Of a stretch of 64,000 nucleotides of DNA, positions 1-10,048 are shown one piece after another. The DNA lies in NCBI GenBank assembly GCA_021582655.1, contig CP091135.1, positions 293,078 through 357,077 of the forward strand. Reading direction: 5' to 3'. The notes beneath the pieces were generated by a model, which worked only from the letters and a program-made list of their open reading frames with translations, was not told the DNA's origin and ran no database searches. Position numbers and translations under genes: made by a program. The DNA is from Nitrosomonas sp. (GTDB lineage: Bacteria; Pseudomonadota; Gammaproteobacteria; Burkholderiales; Nitrosomonadaceae). The first letter of the stretch is position 1. The number at the start of each line of letters is the position of its first letter.

Positions 1-2
1 CT

Positions 3-389
3 CGCAACGTGCGCGATAATGCCTTATCCATTTGGATGGAAAATTTTAATGTCGATCAGGAGTACGCGACTGATTTCGAAGATTTGGCCTATTTTATTAC
101 CCAGTATAAACGCTTGATGGCGCACTGGCAGGCGGTATTGCCATTAAACATACTGGAAATGTGTTACGAAAAAACGGTAGCAGACCTGGATGGACAAGCG
201 AGACGGTTGATAAAATTTTTAGATGTGCCGTGGGATGAGCAATGCCTGGATTTTCATCAGATTGATCGAGCGGTTCAGACACCGAGCCGATGGCAGGTAC
301 GTCAGCCTATTTACACTCGCTCTGTGAATCGATGGGAGCGATACCGGGAATATCTTCCAACGCTGGAAACGGCTTTTGTTACTGAATGA
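3..389 (+). CDS. C-terminal part of a sulfotransferase-domain protein (TPR-sulfotransferase type), truncated by window edge
   Basis: RNVRDNALSIW, LMAHWQ, YE-x-V-x-D, VQTPSRWQVRQPIY-x-x-SV-x-RW motifs typical of this family; frame open to the window start. Confidence 0.8.
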   Translation, partial: RNVRDNALSIWMENFNVDQEYATDFEDLAYFITQYKRLMAHWQAVLPLNILEMCYEKTVADLDGQARRLIKFLDVPWDEQCLDFHQIDRAVQTPSRWQVRQPIYTRSVNRWERYREYLPTLETAFVTE

Positions 390-479
390 TTCTTGCAAAA
401 ATAATTGGTTGCCGTATTTATCCACTTAGGATATTTTTTAATCCAAATTTCTAATGCAAGGATTAAATACCGCATGGGA

Positions 480-531
480 TGTCAATGACGCAGCAAAAAG
501 GTACCAGCGTAGCGCGCGAAAAGTGTACCAG
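480..531. mobile_element. IS21-family terminal end remnant (no transposase)
   Basis: Begins TGTCAA and carries two sub-terminal repeats AAAAAGGTACCAG (495-507) and AAAAGTGTACCAG (519-531) 24 bp apart, the layout typical of IS21 ends. Confidence 0.55.
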
Positions 532-650
532 TCAGGTTAATCAAAAGAGGTATCTAACCCCCTGGTTTTGTGCTTCTGATTTTTTATTTCTTGTGTTTCA
601 GTCAAAGCGCAATGTGCCACTAAAATCTTTTAAGTTGGTTTGGCATTTTC

Positions 651-826
651 TGACCTGGTTTACTGAAACTGGACATTCCAGTTAAGAGAAAATAGCTTAA
701 CTGGAGGAAGAAATGGTAACGAGAAAGCAGTACACGAAGGAATTCAAATTAGATGCGATCAGTCTGGTACTGGATCAGGGCCATACGGCGACAGAAGCAT
801 CAACCACGGAAAACAAGAGTCTATAG
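651..826 (+). mobile_element. IS3-family left end plus truncated orfA
   Basis: TG-starting end TGACCTGGTTTACTGAAACTGGACA at 651; hairpin TCCAGTTAAG..CTTAACTGGA over a GGAGG RBS; ATG at 713 gives MVTRKQYTKEFKLDAISLVLDQGHTATEA (OrfA HTH start), stop at 826. Confidence 0.75.
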
Positions 827-900
827 AGCCTATAGAGCCGGTTAAAGCGGTCAATATTTCGCAACCGGTCATCACGACAGAAACCAAGTCAGATTTATCG

Positions 901-1506
901 ATGGTATCGGATCAAGTCGACTGGTCACAAGTCGCCGGTTGCGTCGCCAGCCAGACCAACTGCGTCTGCTACGGCCACAGCGCGCAACGCCTCAATATCG
1001 TGCCGGAAACCTGCACCGCAGCCATCGAATTCGGATGGATTATTACCGTTGATCACGTCTTAAGCATTGAAGAATGGCAAATTGACGACGAATGGATTGA
1101 GAGTGAAACAGTGAAAAAAGAATTTCAGTCTGAGAATACTCCTGCAAAAAGTACTACTCAGATACAAAAAGATGATGATGGAAAAATTCATTTGATACTA
1201 AGCAGAGCGACCGGACTGTCTCATTATTGGATATTTCATCAATCGGACCCGGATTATTTCCCTTCTATACCGCATGGGCATCACAGGCAGCGGAAACACC
1301 TAAAACTTGATTCCTATCTTGGGTGGTGTTACTACGGTGGACAGCAAGCTGGTCGAGAACCAAGAGCACAAATTATTGCGTTATGGAATGACTGCAAATT
1401 TCGAGAATTTGCGTTGAAAATTATTAATTGGTATCTCTGTAATTTTCCGGGCTATCATAAATGGCGCGTGCGAAATCCTCTTCGTTTACCTAAGCGCCGC
1501 CATTAA
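901..1506 (+). CDS. Chimeric ORF: Zot (inovirus pI)-like C-terminal Cys motif fused to an uncharacterised domain
   Basis: N-part VAGCVASQTNCVCYGHSAQRLNIVPETC..GW resembles Zot C-terminal tails; C-part has WIFHQSDPDYFPSIPHGH motif; no Zot ATPase domain upstream. Confidence 0.5.
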   Translation: MVSDQVDWSQVAGCVASQTNCVCYGHSAQRLNIVPETCTAAIEFGWIITVDHVLSIEEWQIDDEWIESETVKKEFQSENTPAKSTTQIQKDDDGKIHLILSRATGLSHYWIFHQSDPDYFPSIPHGHHRQRKHLKLDSYLGWCYYGGQQAGREPRAQIIALWNDCKFREFALKIINWYLCNFPGYHKWRVRNPLRLPKRRH

Positions 1507-1620
1507 TGGCTTTCTCAATCGCTTAAAAAATCCACAGCGTGTAAGAAGCCTCCTGTTAAGCACGTAGAGAGCTTTGCTAGAGCCTACATACCTCTAAGAT
1601 CGAGGAGCAACTGGCTAGGT

Positions 1621-2049
1621 TCAAGAAAAACTCCTCTGTAAAATCATTCCAAATTTACTTTCAAGAATTAACTGACGTCTATAAAAATCTGCCTTAACTT
1701 CAAGATCATCTATTTCCGCGTCACGTCTTTCTAATTCTTGTTTTAACAAAGAAATTTCATTTTTTAAGGCTGAAACTTGTTGAACATTCCAAAAGAAAGC
1801 TCTAATCTCATGTGGCGCAAACCCATTTCGCCATTCAGGAACAAAAATCAAGCCGTCCGTAAAACGATAGCCTTTCCACTCATTGCCTAGTACAGCGCTG
1901 GCATCTCCGGCAAGATACAACTTCAAAAGCCTAAGTGCTGGCTCCGGTATCTGCTTAGTGCCTTTTTTCCACTTCTTAATGACTTTCTGACTCTCGCCTG
2001 TGATTCTCTCGATTTCTTCGATACTCACACCAAATAGTAGATCGTTCAT
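1621..2049 (-). CDS. HTH + DUF3653-like phage regulatory protein (inovirus repressor type)
   Basis: N-terminal HTH (SIEEIERITGESQKVIKKWKKG..IP) then WKGYRFTDGLIFVPE..FAPHEIRAFFW and a coiled-coil tail. Confidence 0.7.
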   Translation of the reverse strand: MNDLLFGVSIEEIERITGESQKVIKKWKKGTKQIPEPALRLLKLYLAGDASAVLGNEWKGYRFTDGLIFVPEWRNGFAPHEIRAFFWNVQQVSALKNEISLLKQELERRDAEIDDLEVKADFYRRQLILESKFGMILQRSFS

Positions 2050-2119
2050 TTTTTCAGCCTAAGCGCAAAGACTCAATCATTGCAAAACTTAATTAATTTC
2101 TAATTTAATAAAAGAGACG

Positions 2120-2157
2120 CGACAAGCAATGTATTCAGAAGTTGTTATTGCTTGTCG
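2120..2157. promoter_or_regulatory. 11-bp inverted repeat upstream of the phage regulator (possible operator or hairpin)
   Basis: CGACAAGCAAT (2120-2130) / ATTGCTTGTCG (2147-2157), 16-nt spacer. Confidence 0.4.
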
Positions 2158-2299
2158 GATATGAGGGTAATTAAATACTGATGCGTTTTTCAAGCGACGT
2201 TCAATGGCTAATACTCGTGTCGCGACAGCTACCAAAAAACTTATTCATAAACTCTGTAAATTTATCGTATTCTTTTCTAAATCTGTTCCTGCGATTGTT

Positions 2300-2327
2300 A
2301 TTTAACATAATGCAAATTATTGGCAAT
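2300..2327 (-). other. dif-like XerC/XerD recombination site
   Basis: Minus strand reads ATTGCCAATAA-TTTGCA-TTATGTTAAAT: canonical XerD arm, 6-bp spacer, divergent XerC arm ending ATAA. Confidence 0.75.
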
Positions 2328-2366
2328 TAAATCGCAGGAAAGCAGGTCGCAGAAAAAGTGATTATG

Positions 2367-2498
2367 TCATTTTGCTTTTAAGTAATTTGCTAAACGTTTT
2401 TCGGCTGTAGCACGGCGATAATACTTAGGCTTAAGATTCTTTTTACGCTGATAGCGAATGAACCAGTAAATGTTTTAAAGTTTGGAGTAATCAGCCAT
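2367..2498 (-). pseudogene. Small basic phage-like gene with premature stop
   Basis: MADYSKL*NIYWFIRYQRKKNLKPKYYRRATAEKRLANYLKAK*; I recall similar small proteins in filamentous prophages (unverified). Confidence 0.35.
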
Positions 2499-2722
2499 AA
2501 GAAACTTGCGCGATGTCGAGTCCGGAGTTTAGCGGCAAGCGAATAGGAATATAAACCCGTTTAGCAATAAGGAGAAGCCAGGCACGAAGTCCCGTCAGTG
2601 TTAGGATTCGGGCACATGGTCTCTATGCGGCCATACCCTCACGCCGGTCGGCGGCACGACCCTTGGATTGTCAGCGGTTTAAAGTGGCGGGTTTTTTGTT
2701 CTGCAAAGGGAAAAGTCAGCTT

Positions 2723-3079
2723 TTAGAGCGTTTGCGGGCCATCCGTGATTAGTTTTCTGTTGGGTATCTGAATATCGCCACTGACACACCTCCAGAAGTT
2801 TGAATGCTTGTCGGCTGCGACCAGACCCGCTGGCCGGTGCGAGAGTTGGCCGGTTGGTTCAAAGTATTCGGTTACTTTGATGTTCAGCACTTTTTCATAC
2901 TTCCGGACAGTGCGCTTTGAATGCACGATGTACAGAAAGCGCCAGCCGAAGTAGTAGCCGGTGAACAATATTCCGATTGCCGAAGGCGATATGCTTCTCT
3001 CAGGCTGATAGGCGCTTTTTGAATGACTCCAGATTTTGCCGCAGCCTATTCCCTTTACAGCATTTTTACTAATCTTCAA
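2723..3079 (-). CDS. Hypothetical protein, N-terminus possibly disrupted
   Basis: Protein-like C-terminal two thirds (SAIG..FGWRFLYIVHSKRTVRKYE..SNFWRCVSG); doubtful start. Confidence 0.45.
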   Translation of the reverse strand: MKISKNAVKGIGCGKIWSHSKSAYQPERSISPSAIGILFTGYYFGWRFLYIVHSKRTVRKYEKVLNIKVTEYFEPTGQLSHRPAGLVAADKHSNFWRCVSGDIQIPNRKLITDGPQTL

Positions 3080-3137
3080 TTTTGAAGAATTTCAGATAAA
3101 ATTGCTTACAATCTAGCTACTGCTTCTATAATGCAAA

Positions 3138-3166
3138 AAGGCCAGTGTTTATTCAGCATTGGCCTT
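3138..3166 (-). terminator. Rho-independent terminator after 3191..3415
   Basis: AAGGCCAGTG / CATTGGCCTT stem with a T-run on the minus strand. Confidence 0.55.
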
Positions 3167-3190
3167 CTGGCTTTAAGCCCTCAGAAAACT

Positions 3191-3415
3191 TCAGGCGTAT
3201 ATTTTTTTCATTGGCAAACGGGTTTCATTTTTTGATGAACTACCAATTACCAAGTAACTTAAAAAGAATACTGTACCTAAAATAAGATCAACCTCCAGCC
3301 ACCCTGCAAGCGAACTCATATTTCCGAACAACAAAAATCCGATTGCTGGAACAATTCCAAATAATACGAGAACCATTCTTGTGGTAGTACTAATAACGTT
3401 ACGGGTTGCTTTCAT
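3191..3415 (-). CDS. Small two-TM membrane protein, unknown function
   Basis: 74 aa, two hydrophobic segments, AGGAG RBS upstream, terminator downstream. Confidence 0.6.
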   Translation of the reverse strand: MKATRNVISTTTRMVLVLFGIVPAIGFLLFGNMSSLAGWLEVDLILGTVFFLSYLVIGSSSKNETRLPMKKIYA

Positions 3416-3615
3416 TTCAGTCTCCTATTTGATAGTTTATCAATAAATCACAACTGATATGACGGTTATATTCACAAAAAGTTCACATATTTTTTACAAA
3501 AAAATCACATTTTTTATTAATACTTATAACTCATTGAGTATAAAAACTAACTAATATAAAGATAAAGAAAGTCTCACATCTCTTGTGTCATGAAATAGCT
3601 GACGTCTTCGATTGA

Positions 3616-3738
3616 CAATACCACGACAAGCTGAAAGCAGAATCTTGGCGAGTTAAAACTGAGGGATAAGCCAAACGTACTTGGGATGAAGCGGCTTATA
3701 AATGGCTGATTGAGACTCAGCATAAAAAGACTCATCAT
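3616..3738 (+). pseudogene. Phage integrase N-terminal fragment
   Basis: QYHDKLKAESWRVKTEG*AKRTWDEAAYKWLIETQHKKTHH matches the arm/core-binding region of tRNA-targeting tyrosine integrases; in-frame stop. Confidence 0.65.
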
Positions 3739-3856
3739 GTTGTGGTTCAATAAAGCCGGATATCTTGTTAAGGTACTTTATCCCAGTTCCGGTACGAATG
3801 AATGCGTATAATTTCCGAGCATCTGCATGCACAGCTAAAGAGATAAGCTAAATATA

Positions 3857-3988
3857 GGGGAGTTATTTTCTGTATTCACGTTGACCGATCACGGCGGCTA
3901 TGCGCTGGAATTACAGGTTTTCTTTATGCTGACAGGACTTGCGGTATTCTTTTTGGGAAGCGGCAGATTAGCTGTTAAACCTGACTAG
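3857..3988 (+). pseudogene. DoxX-family membrane protein C-terminal fragment
   Basis: GELFSVFTLTDHGGYALELQVFFMLTGLAVFFLGSGRLAVKPD*; no start codon or N-terminus. Confidence 0.55.
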
Positions 3989-4024
3989 CAGCTTTATCAA
4001 ACGAGTAAAATAGAAATCGCACGA

Positions 4025-4648
4025 ATGCAAAGCGTAATCACAATGGAAAAACAAACCGTCCTGTCTATATATGACGATATCGCCGAATGGTTTGATTCTG
4101 CACGCAACAAATCTTTGTTTGAGCGTTCATGTCTGGATTTTCTTCTGTTTCATCTTCCAGAAAACGCATCCGTTCTGGATTTGGGCTGCGGAACGGGAGA
4201 GCCTATCGCGCAATACCTGATAATCATGGGGTGCCGCATAACGGGCGTAGACGGCTCTCCCCATATGATTTCATTGTGCCGAAATCGCTTCCCGGATCAT
4301 GAATGGATATTGCAAGATATGCGGCAATTTCAAAGCCCGGAAACCTTCGATGCCATTATTGCATGGGACAGCTTTTTTCATCTCAACCGCGATGACCAGC
4401 GAGAAATGTTTACCGTGTTTACAAAATATTGCCGACCGCAAGGAATTTTGCTGTTCAGCAGCGGCTCGGAAAACGGGGAAGCATGGAGTCCAATGTTCGG
4501 ACATGATACGGCGCAGATGTTCCATGCCAGCCTTGATACGGATGAATACCGCGCCCTGTTAGAAAAACATGGATTTGTCATTCTTAAACATGTGCAATCC
4601 GATCCCGCTTGTGGAGGGCATACTTACTGGATAGCGCAGAAAATTTAA
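4025..4648 (+). CDS. Class I SAM-dependent methyltransferase
   Basis: VLDLGCGTG motif I, GVD, FDAIIAWDSFFHL. Confidence 0.9.
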   Translation: MQSVITMEKQTVLSIYDDIAEWFDSARNKSLFERSCLDFLLFHLPENASVLDLGCGTGEPIAQYLIIMGCRITGVDGSPHMISLCRNRFPDHEWILQDMRQFQSPETFDAIIAWDSFFHLNRDDQREMFTVFTKYCRPQGILLFSSGSENGEAWSPMFGHDTAQMFHASLDTDEYRALLEKHGFVILKHVQSDPACGGHTYWIAQKI

Positions 4649-5122
4649 GCAGCGCCAGTTTCATCATAAACTGCATTGGGTCGGTAAGAGCCGAATAATT
4701 CGTCTGCCGTTTCGTTTCTAGTTAACTCATTCATGCGTGATGTGGTCAATTCATAAGTCATGAAATCTGATGGATAAATTACCGAGAGATTTCGTGCTAT
4801 CTCAATCCAGGCATGGGTGAGTGTATATAACGCACAGTAAGATTTTCGGCAACGGGTGGAGGCTGTTTGACCTCCGGCAGGTTATCGATATAAGCCTGTA
4901 CCTCGGGCAGGCCGCTGTGCTGCTCGACTTCAACAAAATGTTTCGCAAAAAGCTCTCGGGATGCCTTAACCTCAACGAGGGCGGCATATCAGAGACGTAA
5001 CGCTGCTCGGCAGAGCGCTAAAAAGCCGCCTGCATGTTTAACGCCGGTTTGCGGTCAAAGCATCCTGCCAGAAACTCAAGGTATGTCCGCGTACGCTGAC
5101 GCGGACACTTGCGGGCGCTCAT
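4645..5122 (-). pseudogene. Frameshifted remnant of an unidentified gene
   Basis: Protein-like segments in successive frames (EVKASRELFAKHFVEVEQHSGLPEVQAYIDNLPEV; YCALYTLTHAWIEIARNL..YDETGAA*); 5' limit uncertain. Confidence 0.3.
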
Positions 5123-5230
5123 GCAGACAATTAGCCAACCACAAAGTCAGGCTTTGTTGCATTTAGTGGTAAAAATATGAAAGATATCCCATCAACCTTC
5201 TCACCAATTCGCAATCAGGGAGAAAATTTC

Positions 5231-5920
5231 ATGAGCAAGAAAATCCTTGTTGTTCTAACGAGTGTAGAAAAATATCCTGGCATGAATCGAGCCACGGGCT
5301 TGTGGCTCGGTGAAGCTGTTCACTTCGTGAAAAAAGTTGAGGCAGCGGGGTATGGAGTCGACTATGTCAGCCCTCAAGGTGGCTATACCCCCATTGATCC
5401 TCACAGTCTTACTATGGCTGAGCCTATTGACTGGGAGTGGTATCAAAAGAAAGATTTCATGAACCGTCTCGGCAAAACTTTGAAAGCAAGCGAAGTCAAT
5501 CCTGATGACTACGTTGCAATCTACTATGCGGGCGGTCATGGTGTGGTATGGGATTTTCCGGACAATGCCGCACTGCAATCCATTAGCCGTAAAATCTATG
5601 AGAATGGCGGGATCGTGTCTTCCGTCTGCCATGGTGCAGCCGGTCTGTTAAATATTAAGCTTTCAAACGGTAGCTTGCTTGTAAAAGGCAAGCACCTGAC
5701 CGGCTTCTCTAATGAGGAGGAAAAATTGGCTGAATTGGATAAATTCGTTCCTTTCTTAACTGAAACCGAATTAGTCGCGCGGGGTGCCATCTATAAAAAG
5801 GCTGAGGAGCCATGGACTTCTTTCGTTGTTAAGGATGAAAGGCTGATTACCGGACAAAATCCGGCCTCTGGCGGCGCCGTCGCAGACTTACTGATCGAGG
5901 CCCTTAAAGAGCAAGTTTGA
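5231..5920 (+). CDS. DJ-1/PfpI (Hsp31-like) type 1 glutamine amidotransferase-domain protein
   Basis: KKILVVLTS, TGLWLGE, GGHG, nucleophile SVCHG, LITGQNPAS; start taken at MSKK behind GGGAG. Confidence 0.9.
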   Translation: MSKKILVVLTSVEKYPGMNRATGLWLGEAVHFVKKVEAAGYGVDYVSPQGGYTPIDPHSLTMAEPIDWEWYQKKDFMNRLGKTLKASEVNPDDYVAIYYAGGHGVVWDFPDNAALQSISRKIYENGGIVSSVCHGAAGLLNIKLSNGSLLVKGKHLTGFSNEEEKLAELDKFVPFLTETELVARGAIYKKAEEPWTSFVVKDERLITGQNPASGGAVADLLIEALKEQV

Positions 5921-6118
5921 TATAACTCTTTTCCTGCGTTGGTCAGATAGATTTACAATCTGCTCAAACAAAGGTAAACCAATCTCACTCGTCAGTTTCT
6001 TGATTTGCATCGATACGGTCGGTTGCGTCAAGAATAATTCCTCGGCTGCACGGGTAAAGCTTTTCAAGCGAGCAATCGCTTCAAATACTTCAAGTTGCCG
6101 CAAAGCGCTGCGGCGCAT
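5888..6118 (-). pseudogene. cbbR: Truncated CbbR (LysR family), HTH only
   Basis: LRQLEVFEAIAR..SFTRAAEELFLTQPTVSMQIKKL..GLPLFEQ then unrelated tail; divergent from cbbL; effector domain missing. Confidence 0.85.
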
Positions 6119-6129
6119 GAGCTTCTCCT

Positions 6130-6170
6130 TTTATGTCTATAAATAGATAAAATCTATTTATAGACATAAA
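6130..6170. promoter_or_regulatory. Perfect 19-bp inverted repeat containing a LysR T-N11-A box in the cbbR-cbbL intergenic region
   Basis: TTTATGTCTATAAATAGAT-AAA-ATCTATTTATAGACATAAA; core ATAG-N7-CTAT at 6143-6157. Confidence 0.7.
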
Positions 6171-6268
6171 TCTATCACAACTATAGAAACAATTGATTGT
6201 TATTTATGGTTCAAAGATCCTACTATAACTTCACCCGCTGATGGCTACTTCCTGACTAAAGTTTATAG

Positions 6269-7774
<1,506 letters not shown>

Positions 7775-7797
7775 CCATTTTAGGAGAAACAATTATT

Positions 7798-8232
7798 ATG
7801 ATGACCAACTCAGGTAATTTACTCACACAGGGGCAATTTTCTTTCCTGCCCCCGTTGACCGACAAGCAAATTTCAGCACAACTCAAATATGCGCTGAAAA
7901 ATGGCTGGGCAATCGGAATAGAGTATACGGATGACCCTCATCCACGGAATACCTATTGGGAAATGTTTGGTAATCCAATGTTTGATTTGAAGGACCCTGC
8001 TGGAATTTTGATGGAAATTAATAGCTGTCGTAAAACTTTTCCAAATCACTATATCCGCGTGACTGCGTTTAATTCGACACGCGGAGTGGAAAGTCCAACA
8101 ATGTCATATATTGTCAACCGACCTAAGAAAGAGCCAGGTTTTGGTTTAGTACGTCACGAAGGTGCAGGACGGAGTATTAGTTATACCATCCATTCCTATG
8201 CAACCGACAAACCGGAAGCTGAACGCTACTAG
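7798..8232 (+). CDS. cbbS: RubisCO small subunit, red-type
   Basis: TQGQFSFLPPLT, EYTDDPHPRNTYWEM, C-terminal beta-hairpin extension. Confidence 0.97.
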   Translation: MMTNSGNLLTQGQFSFLPPLTDKQISAQLKYALKNGWAIGIEYTDDPHPRNTYWEMFGNPMFDLKDPAGILMEINSCRKTFPNHYIRVTAFNSTRGVESPTMSYIVNRPKKEPGFGLVRHEGAGRSISYTIHSYATDKPEAERY

Positions 8233-8242
8233 CAGCAAGATT

Positions 8243-8277
8243 TTTCTCTCTCTTCTTTAAAAAAGAAGAGAGAGAAA
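8243..8277. terminator. 16-bp perfect hairpin between cbbS and cbbX (terminator or mRNA stabiliser)
   Basis: TTTCTCTCTCTTCTTT-AAA-AAAGAAGAGAGAGAAA. Confidence 0.6.
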
Positions 8278-8397
8278 GATGGTTGATAACATAAGCAGTA
8301 GCTTAAGAAATTTATTTACATTAAAGAATAGTTCTAACAATCAAATTAATACAATAGATATATGTTGCCAAGTATCTACCTATAGAGATGATCGAAC

Positions 8398-9342
8398 ATG
8401 TCTACGCAGTCTAAAAACTTAACACCGACTAAAGATCCATCGATCGATTTGGATGCAGAGTTCCAAACATCTAATATTCAGGAAGTACTGGATAAACTAG
8501 ATCAAGAGTTGATTGGTTTAATTCCTGTGAAGACTCGCATTCGTGAAACCGCAGCACTGTTGCTTGTCGATCGTGTTCGTAAACAACTGGGATTATCTGC
8601 GGGCGCACCCAGTTTACATATGTGTTTTACTGGAAATCCTGGTACTGGAAAAACGACAGTAGCTCTGCGTATGGCGGAAATCTTACACCGCCTGGGCTAT
8701 GTACGTGAAGGGCATCTGGTTTCGGTAACCCGAGATGACTTGGTCGGTCAATACATTGGACATACCGCACCCAAAACAAAAGAAGTAATAAAAAAAGCGA
8801 TGGGGGGTGTTCTTTTTATTGATGAGGCTTATTATCTTTATAAACCAGAGAACGAACGTGATTATGGCGCAGAATCAATAGAAATTCTATTGCAAACGAT
8901 GGAAAATAACCGCGAAGACTTGGTTGTTATTCTTGCGGGGTATAAAGATCGCATGGATAAATTCTTCCATAGCAATCCCGGAATGCGCTCGCGTATAGCG
9001 CACCACATCGACTTTCCGGATTATGGAGCAGATGAGTTAGTTGCGATTGCAAAATTGATGTTAGCAAGTCAAAATTACTGCTTCAGTGAAGCTGGAGAAG
9101 AAGCTTTTGGAAAATACATCCGCTTGCGGATGAAATCAGAACATTTCGCCAATGCACGCTCGGTACGTAACGCTCTTGATCGTGCTCGGCTTCGGCAAGC
9201 AAATCGATTATTTTCTGGAACAAAGAAATCATTATCTAAAATTGATCTCATGACATTAGAGGCGGAAGATATTCTAGCAAGTCGTGTTTTCCTTGAGAAT
9301 ACGGTGGATAGCCTGCCCAATACCAAAAAAACAAATAAATAG
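8398..9342 (+). CDS. cbbX: CbbX red-type RubisCO activase (AAA+)
   Basis: GNPGTGKT Walker [15 protein letters not shown] pore loop, LFIDEAY Walker B, FANARS. Confidence 0.97.
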   Translation: MSTQSKNLTPTKDPSIDLDAEFQTSNIQEVLDKLDQELIGLIPVKTRIRETAALLLVDRVRKQLGLSAGAPSLHMCFTGNPGTGKTTVALRMAEILHRLGYVREGHLVSVTRDDLVGQYIGHTAPKTKEVIKKAMGGVLFIDEAYYLYKPENERDYGAESIEILLQTMENNREDLVVILAGYKDRMDKFFHSNPGMRSRIAHHIDFPDYGADELVAIAKLMLASQNYCFSEAGEEAFGKYIRLRMKSEHFANARSVRNALDRARLRQANRLFSGTKKSLSKIDLMTLEAEDILASRVFLENTVDSLPNTKKTNK

Positions 9343-9368
9343 AAATTTAACACAACACCTGAGTAGCG

Positions 9369-9737
9369 ATGGAAACGCTGATTAAACCTTGGCGCATTTT
9401 CCCAAAAACGATAGAAGCAGCTTGTTATAACCGCGGGCGACTTGCGCTGCTGCGATTAGGCTATCCACTGCGAGTTACATTATTGAAGCATCGTGGATTA
9501 GAAGTCATCTTAGACAAGACTATGTGGTTATGTGTTGATAGCAATACAGATGATCAGCCTATTCTGGCATGGCGCGAGTTTCAAATCCGTGGACGACATA
9601 ATTTATACCAGCCTGTCTCTTGTGAATTGTGGTTATACCATAGTTGTGCAGGTCTTATCATGGGTTCAGCTCTGGATGATTTGGATCAGGCACTTGAAAA
9701 AATTATGCTACCTCCTCACTCCATCATTAACAACTGA
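9369..9737 (+). CDS. Hypothetical protein co-oriented behind cbbX
   Basis: Intact 122-aa ORF 26 bp after cbbX, followed by a hairpin. Confidence 0.7.
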   Translation: METLIKPWRIFPKTIEAACYNRGRLALLRLGYPLRVTLLKHRGLEVILDKTMWLCVDSNTDDQPILAWREFQIRGRHNLYQPVSCELWLYHSCAGLIMGSALDDLDQALEKIMLPPHSIINN

Positions 9738-9752
9738 TTTCTGAATAGAAAA

Positions 9753-9780
9753 AAGCCCAATGTATAACGACATTAGGCTT
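9753..9780. terminator. Hairpin terminator at the end of the cbb operon
   Basis: AAGCCCAATGT / ACATTAGGCTT with an A-run on the left. Confidence 0.5.
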
Positions 9781-10048
9781 CCTTTGAGCCTACTAAATTT
9801 AGGTATAAGTTTTTTGCATTGGTAAGCGTGTTTTATTTTTAACCGTACTGCCAATTACAATATAGCTCAGAAAAAATAATATACCTAAAATGAGATCAGC
9901 CTTTATCCGGTTTGCTTCGGACTGAAGTATTAAAAATGAAAACAAATCACCAAATAACATACGCCAGGCACAATATCAAATAAAACGAAAGTGAATTTTG
10001 CGGCTGTGTAAAAAATATTTTTTACTTGTTTTCATGTGAGTCTCTGGA

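Noticed and set aside
401-409. ATAATTGGT matching the sequence at the tRNA-Thr 3' boundary (10342-10350), a possible att repeat
   Set aside because: Only 9 bp, AT-rich and mostly outside the tRNA; expected by chance
821-838. Tandem 9-bp repeat CTATAGAGC x2
   Set aside because: Encodes IEPIEP in the Zot-like linker frame; too short to call an array or target duplication
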